Source: a virus
Lineage: Duplodnaviria > Caudoviricetes
Reading direction: 5' to 3' (one strand)
DNA: 36,857 nucleotides
IMG/VR virus record: IMGVR_UViG_3300030330_005067
Coordinates: 1-36,857 of that record
Part shown: in pieces, positions 24,109 through 34,834 of the stretch
Layout: each line of letters starts with the position of its first letter
Numbering within the stretch: position 1 is the first letter of the stretch
Translations under genes and position numbers: made by a program
The notes under the pieces: generated by a model
Told to the model about the DNA's origin: nothing
The model's database searches: none
What the model saw: the letters and a program-made list of their open reading frames with translations, nothing else

Positions 24109-27100
24109 TTATACTCCTGAGCATCTGTAGAGACTGCCAACCTATCAGAACTATCTGCTAAGTATGCATCCTCCTGGTGGATAGTAGAGGCATTGGCGAA
24201 GGTGGTTGGCTCGATGGTACCACCGACTGAGCTGATACCATGAGTGGAGGTGAAGGTGATTAGATTGCCTACCACGCTCAATATAGTCAGGTTTGTTATT
24301 GCTGAGTCATGATCTCCCTTAGGGAGATAATCAACCACATCATCAGCTTGAAAGAATGAAGCATCTGAGAGTGATGAGCCGCTAAAGTCATTAGCGTTGA
24401 CTGTTACTGAGCTAGTTGAGGTGATCGAGCTTACTCTTGCTGAGCTATTCCAATTCACTGGACTTAAGCCGGTGGTGATTAGTTCAAGTTGGCAACCCTC
24501 AGTCATTAACTCTTGACTGATAGCCCGAATCATCCCCACGCCATCTGTAACACCATATGAGTCTGAGTAGCCTCTTAGATGAGGTGAACTTACTTGAACG
24601 TATGAGCCAACGTCTAAGAAGATGCTAGGCCCGGTTCCTATGGAGCCCGACCACGTCCTTAAGGGGTTGCTAAGAAGGTTAAACAGTCGGCTTGATGTGG
24701 GTAGAAAGTAGTTGAACACATCGCCAGCATTTCTACCAAATGACCTACTAGTTACACCAGGCAACTCTAAACTAATTTTAGATCGCTCGTCACCATAGCG
24801 GCTAATTGCTTCTTGGTTATTGAATATGGTCTGAGATGTTAACTTATCCTCAGTCGGGTCATACTCATAGTTGTACTCAATCTGAGTAACTATATCTTCA
24901 TAGATTCCCCATGTTGGTGGGGTAGATGCTAGCCAGTCACCTGAATTAATCGTTGTGGTGCTTTGGCTGGTTTTCTCGTTACCCACTGCGACCAATGAGA
25001 GTTTAGAGTTACCAGTGGACGCATCACGCTTCATAACGAGCACAGCACCCAGAGTCTTTAGTAAGCTGTCAATCATGCTTCTGAGGTCTGCACCATCACC
25101 AAAGATGTTACCACTCATGACCAGCGTTGAAGCTGTATCTACTGATAAGAATGAGTCTTCATCTATATTAGCAGATGAAATGTTTAGGCCTATGTTCATC
25201 ACGTCATAAGTCCCATTTATCCCATCACCCCCGCCGGACTGTAAGATTTTAAGGAGAGCTACACCTGGTCTCTCATCTTCTAAGTCACCACCTCTAAACA
25301 ATAGGGCTCTATCTTTGTCGGGCCAGTCTCCAAATGATAAGGTGTCAAGGTGTCTGTGATCATCTGCCAAGTGTAACAACACACCAACATCAGAGCCTCC
25401 AAATAACGCCGTGCTCTCATGAGTTACTTTAAACGCCTGATGACGTGTCTCATCTAAATCCCAGTCATAGAATACAACTGTGATATAGTAAAACTCTCCG
25501 GCTGTGGCTGTGGTAGGTAGGCCAAGAGTTGACTCTACTAGTATAGCTCCCTCGAATTGTTGATAGTATGCTCTCGGTAGCTCTCTAATCTGCTCGCCTG
25601 CTGTGGCTTCTGAGCTAGCCATATTCAGCGTGATATATTCCGTTGGTGCTTCATCTCCTAAAGTTTGTATCACTGGTGTATCACCACTGGTAAAGCTGAG
25701 AGGATAGCTGAGACGCGCTATAGAGTTTAGAGGCTGGCTCACTCCATAGCTACCCCACTTAAGCGGCTGGCTAACTCCAAATCTTTCTAAGGCTTCTCTG
25801 AGTATTGAGAACCCACCAAAGTTAGGCCAGAGATAGAGTTGAGCTGTAAAGGGTGACTCACTCAACTTCTCGGCTCTGATTAAGTTATCTGGTGTCAATC
25901 GCCATCGAGCAAACCCACCGGCTACACCTGAGGTTGAGCTAGGACCCGAATTGATCAGCGTATCATTAACAACGTCAGGCCATTCCTTAACCTCTTCATT
26001 ACCTAGTTGGTGCTGTTTAAGCTCTACCAATGGCAATCTAATTTGCAGTGATTCAGCTGCACTAATCTCACTAGCGTTTAGAGCGTTGGAGGGTGTGTTA
26101 TCGGCTGTGACGTCATAGCCTGGTAAACTACTGTTGTAAGTTAGTGTGCTAGTGAACACACCATCATTATCAAAGCGGCTATCTTGTGAACGTCTAAATT
26201 TAGGGAATCTAGGATGCTCTCTTGGGAACTCGTCTGACTCAGGCCCCTCAGGTAAGCTTGTGTCAAAGTCGGCAAGGTATGAGCTAGAACCCTGTAAGTT
26301 TTCTACTATCACGCTAAATGTTGAGGCTGTGATGGTGCCTGATGTGTCAGGAGTTACTTGTAGATTAGATAGGTTTTGTTGAGCAAAAGTTAAACCCAGG
26401 GCATACTCTAAGCTACTCCCATGAATACCATCATAGTAGTGATAACCTTGCAGTAGTCGAGTCTGACCAATGCCCTTATCACTCAAGCTAGTATCAATTA
26501 ATGCTGTTAGAGGTAGTAAACTAATAGATACTGTGTCACCCTCTTCAACATAAGGAGATTCAGAGATGAAGCCATTGACCACTTCTACATAGTTTGATGT
26601 GTTCCCATTGGGAAATTTATGAGCCATAAATAACTTGGCCCGTCTACCCCTAAAAGTTGTGATTTCTGCACTAAGCTCAGGAGCAAAAGAACCCTCTAGG
26701 CCCACTGAATGAGTCTGGCGAGTTGAACCAGCTACACCACGACCAGAGATAAGTACAGTAGTTGAAGTTGCTGAGCTTGCTCTTATCGTCTCAGCTCCAA
26801 TGTGCAAGAGTCGAGGGTAGCTCAGACTAGTTAAGCTCGATGAGGTTCTAGCTATTGAGCCAGTACGATTTAAGCTCTGGCTTAGCTGTGCTTTAGTGGT
26901 GGCTGATCTAGCTCCACATCTTCCAAATATGATGCCAGGATCACCAACCCCACCCCGCCTATTGATCTGTAGAGTGATAGTCACTGCACTATAATCAGCT
27001 ATTCCTCCGCTTGGATCTATTGAAGCTGAGAAGGTGCTAACCCCCATGATACCTTCAGAGTCAACATAGGGTATACTTGTTGCTACATTACTATCTAAAC

Positions 27101-27197
27101 TTGATGTAGTTGGTGGTGTGTTTGAGTGGTAGCGATACTCCAAACCAGCCACTTGAAGCGCAAATACTCGCCGGCCATGTTCACTAGATACGCTCAT
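24105..27197 (-). CDS. Tail tip/central hub protein
   Basis: 1030 aa, fourth gene after the tape measure; S/T-rich, AISRYG motif. Confidence 0.65.
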   Translation of the reverse strand: MSVSSEHGRRVFALQVAGLEYRYHSNTPPTTSSLDSNVATSIPYVDSEGIMGVSTFSASIDPSGGIADYSAVTITLQINRRGGVGDPGIIFGRCGARSATTKAQLSQSLNRTGSIARTSSSLTSLSYPRLLHIGAETIRASSATSTTVLISGRGVAGSTRQTHSVGLEGSFAPELSAEITTFRGRRAKLFMAHKFPNGNTSNYVEVVNGFISESPYVEEGDTVSISLLPLTALIDTSLSDKGIGQTRLLQGYHYYDGIHGSSLEYALGLTFAQQNLSNLQVTPDTSGTITASTFSVIVENLQGSSSYLADFDTSLPEGPESDEFPREHPRFPKFRRSQDSRFDNDGVFTSTLTYNSSLPGYDVTADNTPSNALNASEISAAESLQIRLPLVELKQHQLGNEEVKEWPDVVNDTLINSGPSSTSGVAGGFARWRLTPDNLIRAEKLSESPFTAQLYLWPNFGGFSILREALERFGVSQPLKWGSYGVSQPLNSIARLSYPLSFTSGDTPVIQTLGDEAPTEYITLNMASSEATAGEQIRELPRAYYQQFEGAILVESTLGLPTTATAGEFYYITVVFYDWDLDETRHQAFKVTHESTALFGGSDVGVLLHLADDHRHLDTLSFGDWPDKDRALLFRGGDLEDERPGVALLKILQSGGGDGINGTYDVMNIGLNISSANIDEDSFLSVDTASTLVMSGNIFGDGADLRSMIDSLLKTLGAVLVMKRDASTGNSKLSLVAVGNEKTSQSTTTINSGDWLASTPPTWGIYEDIVTQIEYNYEYDPTEDKLTSQTIFNNQEAISRYGDERSKISLELPGVTSRSFGRNAGDVFNYFLPTSSRLFNLLSNPLRTWSGSIGTGPSIFLDVGSYVQVSSPHLRGYSDSYGVTDGVGMIRAISQELMTEGCQLELITTGLSPVNWNSSARVSSITSTSSVTVNANDFSGSSLSDASFFQADDVVDYLPKGDHDSAITNLTILSVVGNLITFTSTHGISSVGGTIEPTTFANASTIHQEDAYLADSSDRLAVSTDAQEYN

Positions 27198-27805
27198 GGT
27201 GTAACCTCCGGTTGATATAGATCATAGATGTGACAACCTAAGACCAAACAGTTACCTGCTGTAATTTTCACATTAAGTAACTGGCCACGATTAGCAGATG
27301 GTACAAACAGTGGTCTAGGCGGATCAGGTGAGGGGTTACTTGGCGCGCTGATTAATTCAGCACCGCTAAAAGCTATAAGGGCGGTATTAGGGTCTGATTG
27401 TAGCTCAGTCTCTGCCATCCTTATACCAACGTCTAACACTGTGCCAGTATAACTATTACCGGCTGTGTTCCTTAGCTCTACATCGAGCGTTACAGGTAGA
27501 GCATTGCTAAAGTTACGAGTGACATATTGTATAACTAAACCTAGTTGGGTGCTTATAGGTGTAGACTGATAAAGGAAGTTATTTACTGTACTAGTCTTAA
27601 TATCATCACGTCTAATTATGAAGCGTCTACCAGTGTTTAAAGGTACCAACTGACCTACATAATAATGTGCCTCACCTAACATTTTGACTCTGGTCACTTG
27701 AGCGAGTGTAGACGCTATTTGACTGACAGTAGCACCAAACAAAAGAGCACCATTAAAGCATCCTCTAGAATCCGGTAGGCGTTGAATTGATGTAGGTACT
27801 AACAT
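27194..27805 (-). CDS. Minor tail protein
   Basis: Position in the tail module; translationally coupled. Confidence 0.55.
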   Translation of the reverse strand: MLVPTSIQRLPDSRGCFNGALLFGATVSQIASTLAQVTRVKMLGEAHYYVGQLVPLNTGRRFIIRRDDIKTSTVNNFLYQSTPISTQLGLVIQYVTRNFSNALPVTLDVELRNTAGNSYTGTVLDVGIRMAETELQSDPNTALIAFSGAELISAPSNPSPDPPRPLFVPSANRGQLLNVKITAGNCLVLGCHIYDLYQPEVTP

Positions 27806-27807
27806 GA

Positions 27808-28878
27808 TTAAACCGCTATAATAGCTAAACCTTTAATATAAGGGTCTGAGGTTGTAGAGACTGCCCCACTCAATAAATTATCTTGATTTATCTGGCCTTC
27901 CTCTAGACCCACTCGATACATAGATAGCCTGAAATCACTAGACAGCTCATGCTCTGGTATCCTGAGGTCGACACCATAACTTGACCAACCATTGTTGGTT
28001 ATGTTGAACCTATAACCAAAGATCTCTACTTCTATTGAGCCGCTTGATAGGTTCGCCACATTAATAAAAATGTCCACATTTAAATCATTATGGTTCATGC
28101 CTAAGCTCAAATGAGACAGAGAAAAGAGTAAAGCCGGGTCCGCTGTACCTAATCCTTGAGCCGCTTGATAGATAGAGTTCTGAGTATCTGAGTCTGATAC
28201 ACCAGACCAGTTAAGCAGCACTCTACCACGTTTTCTAAGCTTAGTGATGTTAGCCAGTGAGTCTACCCCAAACCTAGACGTGAGTGGCTTGTCATCGCCT
28301 AGTCTACCAGCTCCCATTGGAATAAACTCTTGACCATATTGACCGAGTGCACCGGCTGACAATGGAGAGCTTAAAGCAGTCCAGCTACCAGCCAGACCAG
28401 CCACCTCAATAACCCCACTAGATGGAGCATTAAGCTTTAGAGTAAGTATAGCTACGGTTTCAGTCTCCACCGCTGTTACTGTGGCAGTGAGCACATCAAA
28501 CACACTGTTAAATCTTGATGTGTCTGTAATACTAACAGCTGATGAGCTGTAACTGTTACCAGAGAGTGGGAAAGTTAAAGTGATCTGAGCAGTACCACCA
28601 GCCGGGTTACTGTATGCCATTAATCTAAGCTTAAACTCTGTATGCTCTTCAGATGGGTGAGGGATGTACCACTCACACACTGAGGTCATGCTGTTAGTCG
28701 AGTATTCCCACACGCCAGCTTCCCAGAATTGGTTTACACAGTCGTGAGTACCAGCGTGAGCAAAAGCATAGTTTTGCATATCGCCTAACCGGCCCGCCTC
28801 CTCACTTCTGATAGTGAGGCCAGCAGTAGGCCGGGCCGGGTCTACTAGTACAGGTGGAGAAGTAAATGAGTTACTCAT
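27808..28878 (-). CDS. Minor tail protein
   Basis: Position; beta-rich composition. Confidence 0.55.
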   Translation of the reverse strand: MSNSFTSPPVLVDPARPTAGLTIRSEEAGRLGDMQNYAFAHAGTHDCVNQFWEAGVWEYSTNSMTSVCEWYIPHPSEEHTEFKLRLMAYSNPAGGTAQITLTFPLSGNSYSSSAVSITDTSRFNSVFDVLTATVTAVETETVAILTLKLNAPSSGVIEVAGLAGSWTALSSPLSAGALGQYGQEFIPMGAGRLGDDKPLTSRFGVDSLANITKLRKRGRVLLNWSGVSDSDTQNSIYQAAQGLGTADPALLFSLSHLSLGMNHNDLNVDIFINVANLSSGSIEVEIFGYRFNITNNGWSSYGVDLRIPEHELSSDFRLSMYRVGLEEGQINQDNLLSGAVSTTSDPYIKGLAIIAV

Positions 28879-30077
28879 AAGTGTTCAAGCTCCATTGCTA
28901 CCGGTACCCGTCGCCTTAACCTATTGGGATAAGTCAGCTCAAACTCTGAAGTGATCATCGAGCACCTTAAACGCCCATACTCGCCATTGTCCTCGCTGGT
29001 GTAGAGGTCATCATAAGCATATTGAGTACCGGTGACTTGAGCAGTTCTTAAAGCCCGCCTAGAATCACCCCATGCCTGATAAAAGTTGACGCGCTCACCA
29101 GCTGAACAGAGTGGTAACCATCTGTTTGAGAAGTGCTTATAGTCATCAACTAGGTCTAGTAGTCCGTCTAGATCAAAGTTAAGCATAGAGCTAACATATG
29201 ACCCTATGTGATTAGAGACATAACCACCGCCTATTTTGCGCTTACTCTGACTCTCATTCATCACTTTAAGGTGGTGAAATTGATAGGGCCTCGATGGTAT
29301 GAGAACGCCTGCTATCTTATGAGTTGAAGTTAGGATAGAGTAGACACCATCCGCTACCGGACTCTCTAAGCCGGTGAAGCCTAGCGTCTCTCTGGTTGTG
29401 TTATCATTCCAAGTAATATCACCCAGAGAGGTCAGATAGTAACATCTACAGTATCCATCATTGGTTACTAACCATGTGATATTACTGTTACTGAGTGCAG
29501 CCTGATCTAGTTTCTCTATCGAGTCTAAACCAAATGAGTCAGCATCTGAAACGCTAGCACGATCTCTAATAAATACACTCACGTCTTGAATCTGTAACTT
29601 AATAGCCGGAAAGTTGAATTGGTTAGCACCTCCTGATTCGTCAATTTGATATGTAGTATCAGAGAGATCTAGTAAACCTCTTGACCAATCATGGGGGGCA
29701 ACCACTACATAATCAGAGCCGGACGCGCTCGCTGTGATAGTCGATGATCCAAAGCCTAAAGGGTCATCACTCCCCGTCTTAGTGAGTGTAAATTGTACAT
29801 TGGCTTTGATCTCTATCTTATCGTTGCTCGTTATTGATGCTGACCAGGTGGATCCAAAGGTTTTAGTGTTTTGTAGTTGGTTGGTGGCCGCGTTGGTGGT
29901 GTTAGACGTGCGACCATTGAGGAGAAATACAGCATCTTCATACACTCCTTCACCAGTGCCAAAGGTTGGCACGTTGACTGCCGTTGAACCTCTTGTAAAT
30001 AGCTTGGTGGCTGATTGATCTCTCATATCATAGGCTGTGAGTAGTCCAAATTGTGGAGCCGGATTATTTAAAGGCAT
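28875..30077 (-). CDS. Minor tail protein (distal-tail position)
   Basis: Immediately downstream of the tape measure. Confidence 0.55.
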   Translation of the reverse strand: MPLNNPAPQFGLLTAYDMRDQSATKLFTRGSTAVNVPTFGTGEGVYEDAVFLLNGRTSNTTNAATNQLQNTKTFGSTWSASITSNDKIEIKANVQFTLTKTGSDDPLGFGSSTITASASGSDYVVVAPHDWSRGLLDLSDTTYQIDESGGANQFNFPAIKLQIQDVSVFIRDRASVSDADSFGLDSIEKLDQAALSNSNITWLVTNDGYCRCYYLTSLGDITWNDNTTRETLGFTGLESPVADGVYSILTSTHKIAGVLIPSRPYQFHHLKVMNESQSKRKIGGGYVSNHIGSYVSSMLNFDLDGLLDLVDDYKHFSNRWLPLCSAGERVNFYQAWGDSRRALRTAQVTGTQYAYDDLYTSEDNGEYGRLRCSMITSEFELTYPNRLRRRVPVAMELEHL

Positions 30078-30079
30078 GA

Positions 30080-32137
30080 TTACCCCCTGAACGGTAGCTG
30101 AGGTGCGCCTCGTCTACGCCTTGACATAGTTCTAATTACTTGGTCAGTAAAGGCATCAGTAGCCGCTCTTTTAGTGTCGTAAATAGTCGAGTTACCAAAG
30201 TTGATATTAAATACCATTGGTGTGTTTTGGGCTTGGGTGCGCTCTGGTGTGGCTGTCTGTGGTGAACCGGTTGGTGACCCTCCACCGGCTGATGTAGATG
30301 GTTTTGGGGGAGTTGCCATAGAGCCACCCCCTAAACCTTTACCAGCTTGACCAGCCGCCGCGGCCGCTACAGTGAAAACACCAGCCGCTTTAAAGTGATT
30401 AGCCGCTAACACTGGGTTTAAGAATAAAGCCGCTGTACCTTTTGCCAGCTCCATTAATGCCTCAACTGACGCCTGTCTACCTAAACCAACCAATACCTCA
30501 CCAATGCTATCTTTAAAACTATCACCAAATAACACAGCGTTATATGTTGCGATAGCAAACCCATCTGAGAAGCTTTTAGCCATCTCTTTTGTTTGTTCTA
30601 TAGCCATGTGAATGGGTGCCTCTATAAGACGTTCTCTCTCTATGCTGTGTCTTCTCGCTAGCTCTGTTATCTCTTCCTCAGAGTGTTCTCTAAGTCTCAA
30701 CTCTCTCTCATAGCGTAGTTCTAAGAGCTGTAGTTCCTTGTCTATGCCATCACTTAGAAGATTAAGGTCAAACTCCATTGAGTTAAATATAAACTCTTGA
30801 CGCTGTTTAGCTCTATCAGCTTCATCTCTGGCCGCCTGGCTGGCCGCCTCTTGTCGTTTGCGCTCGGCATCCTTTTCTAGTTTTAACCGTTGGTTTTCAA
30901 AGTTCATCTGAGCAATTAACAGAAGGTTTTGATTCTGACCGGCTAGCTTAGCCTGTTCTTCATATTGAGCTTCTAATACCTGTATTTCAGTGGCTCCATT
31001 TATCCGCATCCGGCTGATTTCTAATTGTCTTATTCTAGCTTGCTCAGATGCAAGCTGCCTTTCAGCCGCTAATCTTTTGGCCTGATAAATCCGAAACTTT
31101 GCTAGTCTTTTTTGTTTGTCTGCCTCTTCCACCTTCATCACCTTAGCATTATGATCTGCCGTTATTCCATCGAGGATTTTTCTATACCCTTCTCTAGTCA
31201 CCTTCTCCTCTTTTAGCATCTCATTAAGCTTACCTAGTCGTTGCATAAATTGAGCGTCTAAGAGTTTCCTCTGACCTTCTAAAGTATTCGCTTCTAGGCT
31301 TAGTACTTGTAGCTGTGCCTGTGCTACCAGCTCGGCCTCTTTAGCTGCTAATTCTTCTCTTACCTTTAGAGACCTCTTAAGAATCTCCTCCTTCATCCGT
31401 TCGACTTCCCCCGTTATCCGCCCACCTTCTTTTATCTTCTCAAAAGCCTTCTCTTCGATGGGTGCTACCTTAGCTCTAATCTTATTTTGCTTTGCAAGTA
31501 TACCGATAAGTCTAAGTCTATTGTCAGCTTCAAAACCAGTTGCCTTCATCAATTTACTTCTAGCATCCTCACCGGCCTCAATAAGTTTATATTCCTCCTC
31601 AAGTATCGCTAGCTCGTTATATCTAGTTTTATTTCTCTCTCTTAATAACTCAGCCTCATTTAAAAGTTGTTGAGCTTGCTGAGACTTTATTTTTAGGTTT
31701 TCTAGTTCACTATCAGTTAGTTCAACTTGGGCCGCTGCTAACTCTTCGACTATAGATGTAATGTCACTTAATGATGCTTGATAAGCTTCTATCCTAATTG
31801 CTGTACCGTCTACCTCGTTTGAGTACTCTCTAAATGCTTGTATTAGCTCAAATACAGCTAAAGCCACAGCACCAATGGGGCCCAGTAAAGCACCAAATGT
31901 TACACCAGTCTGTTTACTGGCGTCTGCTAAATCTATAAAAGCATCAACGGTACCACTCGCAGTTTCACCGATTCCCCCCATTACCTCACCAAGTTCTGTG
32001 CCACTTGTAGCTACAGCCTTACCCATTGTGCTAAAGCTCTCACCTACTGCTGAGCCAGCACTTTCTAAATCATCTAAACCTTTCCTAGCTTGTTTAGCGT
32101 CTAACGTTACCTCAATCTCTATCTGACTTTCAGCCAT
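30080..32137 (-). CDS. Tape measure protein
   Basis: Start MAESQIEIEVTLDA after GAGGT; long coiled coil with Ala/Gly hydrophobic segments; follows the chaperones. Confidence 0.85.
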   Translation of the reverse strand: MAESQIEIEVTLDAKQARKGLDDLESAGSAVGESFSTMGKAVATSGTELGEVMGGIGETASGTVDAFIDLADASKQTGVTFGALLGPIGAVALAVFELIQAFREYSNEVDGTAIRIEAYQASLSDITSIVEELAAAQVELTDSELENLKIKSQQAQQLLNEAELLRERNKTRYNELAILEEEYKLIEAGEDARSKLMKATGFEADNRLRLIGILAKQNKIRAKVAPIEEKAFEKIKEGGRITGEVERMKEEILKRSLKVREELAAKEAELVAQAQLQVLSLEANTLEGQRKLLDAQFMQRLGKLNEMLKEEKVTREGYRKILDGITADHNAKVMKVEEADKQKRLAKFRIYQAKRLAAERQLASEQARIRQLEISRMRINGATEIQVLEAQYEEQAKLAGQNQNLLLIAQMNFENQRLKLEKDAERKRQEAASQAARDEADRAKQRQEFIFNSMEFDLNLLSDGIDKELQLLELRYERELRLREHSEEEITELARRHSIERERLIEAPIHMAIEQTKEMAKSFSDGFAIATYNAVLFGDSFKDSIGEVLVGLGRQASVEALMELAKGTAALFLNPVLAANHFKAAGVFTVAAAAAGQAGKGLGGGSMATPPKPSTSAGGGSPTGSPQTATPERTQAQNTPMVFNINFGNSTIYDTKRAATDAFTDQVIRTMSRRRRGAPQLPFRG

Positions 32138-32138
32138 G

Positions 32139-32555
32139 TTAAACCTCTTTGCTTGCTCTCTCAGTAGCTCGAATCTGAGCCGCTTCATGATTATAGTGTA
32201 GTGTGTCTAATGCTTCAATTATAGCACAAGTGGGTTTTGGGTAGACTTCACTGATATTATATAGACCGGCTCTATGTCGTCTATAAGCCATAATTAAAGG
32301 TGCTAGTTTGTTAGAACTAGCTACCGGGCATGATCTGACTTTTAAATCACTGAAATCATCACCACAGTCAGGTGCCACTCGATAACCAGGCACCCACCGG
32401 CCTATGTCGTCTACCTGAGATTGAGGCAAACCTTTTTTAAAGGGTCCTCCACAGTTGCCTCTAAGACTTCTTAGCCTGGTGTCTGATTTGCATTGGGCAC
32501 AATCCCAAGCGCGGCCTCTGGAATGACCTAGCCAAACAGAAGCCGCTAAGGCTAT
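32139..32555 (-). CDS. Tail assembly chaperone T segment reached by -1 frameshift
   Basis: The -1 frame is open from the G GGA AAA slippery site (32561-32555) through IALAASVWLG...KKGLPQSQ to the stop at 32139. Confidence 0.75.
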   Translation of the reverse strand: MALAASVWLGHSRGRAWDCAQCKSDTRLRSLRGNCGGPFKKGLPQSQVDDIGRWVPGYRVAPDCGDDFSDLKVRSCPVASSNKLAPLIMAYRRHRAGLYNISEVYPKPTCAIIEALDTLHYNHEAAQIRATERASKEV

Positions 32556-33061
32556 TTTCCCTCAGTACCTAGCAGGCTGATTCGCTGCAAGTGTAGCACT
32601 AACTCAGATATTGTCTGTGCTCGATGGGCATCCGGTCTAATTTGTTGGATGTCATCAACTGAGCCGGGCTTACTGTCGATCATGGTTAGGCCAGCTCTGA
32701 TCATCTCAATGTAAACACGATTAAGATAACTGTTATATTGGCTCATTGCCTCACGCTCATCATCACTTAAAGCATGGTGCCACCTGGCACGCTCTCTAGT
32801 GTCCGTTGGTGCCTCAACCCAGAGAAGCCTACCAAGTTCCGAACGGGTCATAGCACCGGCCTTTACTTCAGCCGCTTCTCTCTCAGAGGGTGATAAAGCT
32901 TTGAGTGTAAACTTGGTGGCGTTCCCAATGTTCTCTAACTCGTCTAGGTTGCCAGTTTGTAAATACTTACTAACACTCTCAGAGTCAGCTTTGACTTCAG
33001 GATCACAACTTACAACTACCTCAATAGTTGCATCTGATGAAGTGAGGAATGATAGAGCCAT
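32552..33061 (-). CDS. Tail assembly chaperone (G-like)
   Basis: Between tail tube and tape measure; ends in ...EGK*. Confidence 0.75.
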   Translation of the reverse strand: MALSFLTSSDATIEVVVSCDPEVKADSESVSKYLQTGNLDELENIGNATKFTLKALSPSEREAAEVKAGAMTRSELGRLLWVEAPTDTRERARWHHALSDDEREAMSQYNSYLNRVYIEMIRAGLTMIDSKPGSVDDIQQIRPDAHRAQTISELVLHLQRISLLGTEGK

Positions 33062-34369
33062 TTACACACCTAAGCCCAGTCTAAACGGTGAGTTACCTGC
33101 ATTAGCCTCATAAGCCGCCGTAGTGAAGTCACCTGAATATCTACTCTGTTGATAAGTCAGAGTCTGCCTGACAATATCATTACCGGTCACATCATAAGCA
33201 CTTGGATCATTTGTCAACATGGCCGCTGGTAACATAAGAGCACAACCTTTACCGTCACCCGTTGGACCAGTGCCTACCAAGACTTGTCTTACTGTTCGGT
33301 TAAAGTAATCATCTGCTACTGTTGAAGATGGAGAGCTTAAAGTTAAGCTAAGCTCTACACTCACATCAGTTATATCCATACCAGACATTGCTAGAATGTC
33401 ATTACTATGACCAAGTGGTGTGAGAGTGTTAGTGAGAGTTAAGCTGAAGTCTTCACAGCTCAAAGCCACCCGGCCTTGTGTCTCTCCAACTGTGCCATCG
33501 CTTAAACTGGCTGGTGAACCGTTGCTAATAACAACATATGAACCTCTAAAGAATGGTGGAGCTCCATCATTATAAGCAGGCTCAACCGGTCCACTTGCTG
33601 AGCTGTGATCATCTTGAATGAGAGCCGCTTGATAAGTGAACTCCCCCATAAGGCGACCATTGTCTAGTGTGATTGAGAGTGACTCTAAAACGCATCCATA
33701 AGCGTATGATCTGAAGTTAACGCCATCCACCTTGAAGCTAAGAGAGTGTTCCTTTGTGCCAGTGTTCGACCGGCTAGGTACATACCATGTAGCCATCGGG
33801 TAAACGGTAGGTGTGCCAGTAAAACCAGCTGAGAAAGCAGGTGATACAGTAACATCACCACTCACATCATTGTCAGTAATTGCGCTGTATTCAGCTCGGC
33901 CGCTAAGCTCAGCACTGATTAAACAGCCAACGTCTGCTACTGCATAACCGGTCGTTGGTGTGAACTTGTTAACGCTAGCTATAGCAGTAACCGCGTCACC
34001 ATCGACAATAGACGGTAGTTGAGTCTTGAGACCACCGCCCAATAAATGGCCAAGATAATTCGAGGCATAAGTATCAGCACCAGAGCCAATAGTTGTAAGG
34101 TCGACCCTACAAACAACTTGGCCAGTTCTACGACGAATTCTAGACCCACTTGAGTAAACTGTGTCAGGCTCAGGAGGTACAAAGTAAGAACCATCTCTAG
34201 CATCATTACGCTCACTCGCTACCGGTTCGCCTGGTATGATAATAGGGTCGCGTTCACAAGGGATTGAGATGTAAGTTAAACCGCTGTTGTCAGGTAAACC
34301 AGTGGTTGAGCTGATAGAACCAAAGGTTGACTCTACAGCTACTGATAGAGATCTGTGAGTAACAGTCAT
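33062..34369 (-). CDS. Major tail (tube) protein
   Basis: AVESTFG start, YGCVLESLSI and FSLTLTNTL motifs; position. Confidence 0.75.
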   Translation of the reverse strand: MTVTHRSLSVAVESTFGSISSTTGLPDNSGLTYISIPCERDPIIIPGEPVASERNDARDGSYFVPPEPDTVYSSGSRIRRRTGQVVCRVDLTTIGSGADTYASNYLGHLLGGGLKTQLPSIVDGDAVTAIASVNKFTPTTGYAVADVGCLISAELSGRAEYSAITDNDVSGDVTVSPAFSAGFTGTPTVYPMATWYVPSRSNTGTKEHSLSFKVDGVNFRSYAYGCVLESLSITLDNGRLMGEFTYQAALIQDDHSSASGPVEPAYNDGAPPFFRGSYVVISNGSPASLSDGTVGETQGRVALSCEDFSLTLTNTLTPLGHSNDILAMSGMDITDVSVELSLTLSSPSSTVADDYFNRTVRQVLVGTGPTGDGKGCALMLPAAMLTNDPSAYDVTGNDIVRQTLTYQQSRYSGDFTTAAYEANAGNSPFRLGLGV

Positions 34370-34372
34370 TTG

Positions 34373-34834
34373 TCACGCCTCCAAGTAAAGTAAGATGAAA
34401 GGAATAGTCAGTAGTAGAGCACCGGTATCATTCACCGGGTCCACCGGTAAAACGCTTGGTGGTTCTGGTATCACTGACACAATACCAGTACTGGCAAAGT
34501 CATACTCAGGCCCTTTAAGCTTAACTAGTAAGCTCTCAGCATCCTCAGCTATCAGACGCTGAAGAAACAAAGCATCATGGGGGATGTCATAACGCACATT
34601 TAAATTGATAGTTGCTCGACGTCTACCAGAGAGACCAGCTGCACCATCATCAGAAGTGAATGAGGAAATAGCTAGCTCAAAGTATCTAGTGGAGTGACTA
34701 CGCTGGGTGAGTGGGATAGTAGAACCACCGGCCCTAGCCAGCGCAACAAAACCATGATGAGTATCACTTTTTGGTGTGATCTCCATCAGCTTATCTTCTA
34801 AGTGAGTTAATGCTGAGTTGATACCCTGACTCAT
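34373..34834 (-). CDS. Tail terminator-like protein
   Basis: 153 aa, directly upstream of the tube gene. Confidence 0.5.
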   Translation of the reverse strand: MSQGINSALTHLEDKLMEITPKSDTHHGFVALARAGGSTIPLTQRSHSTRYFELAISSFTSDDGAAGLSGRRRATINLNVRYDIPHDALFLQRLIAEDAESLLVKLKGPEYDFASTGIVSVIPEPPSVLPVDPVNDTGALLLTIPFILLYLEA

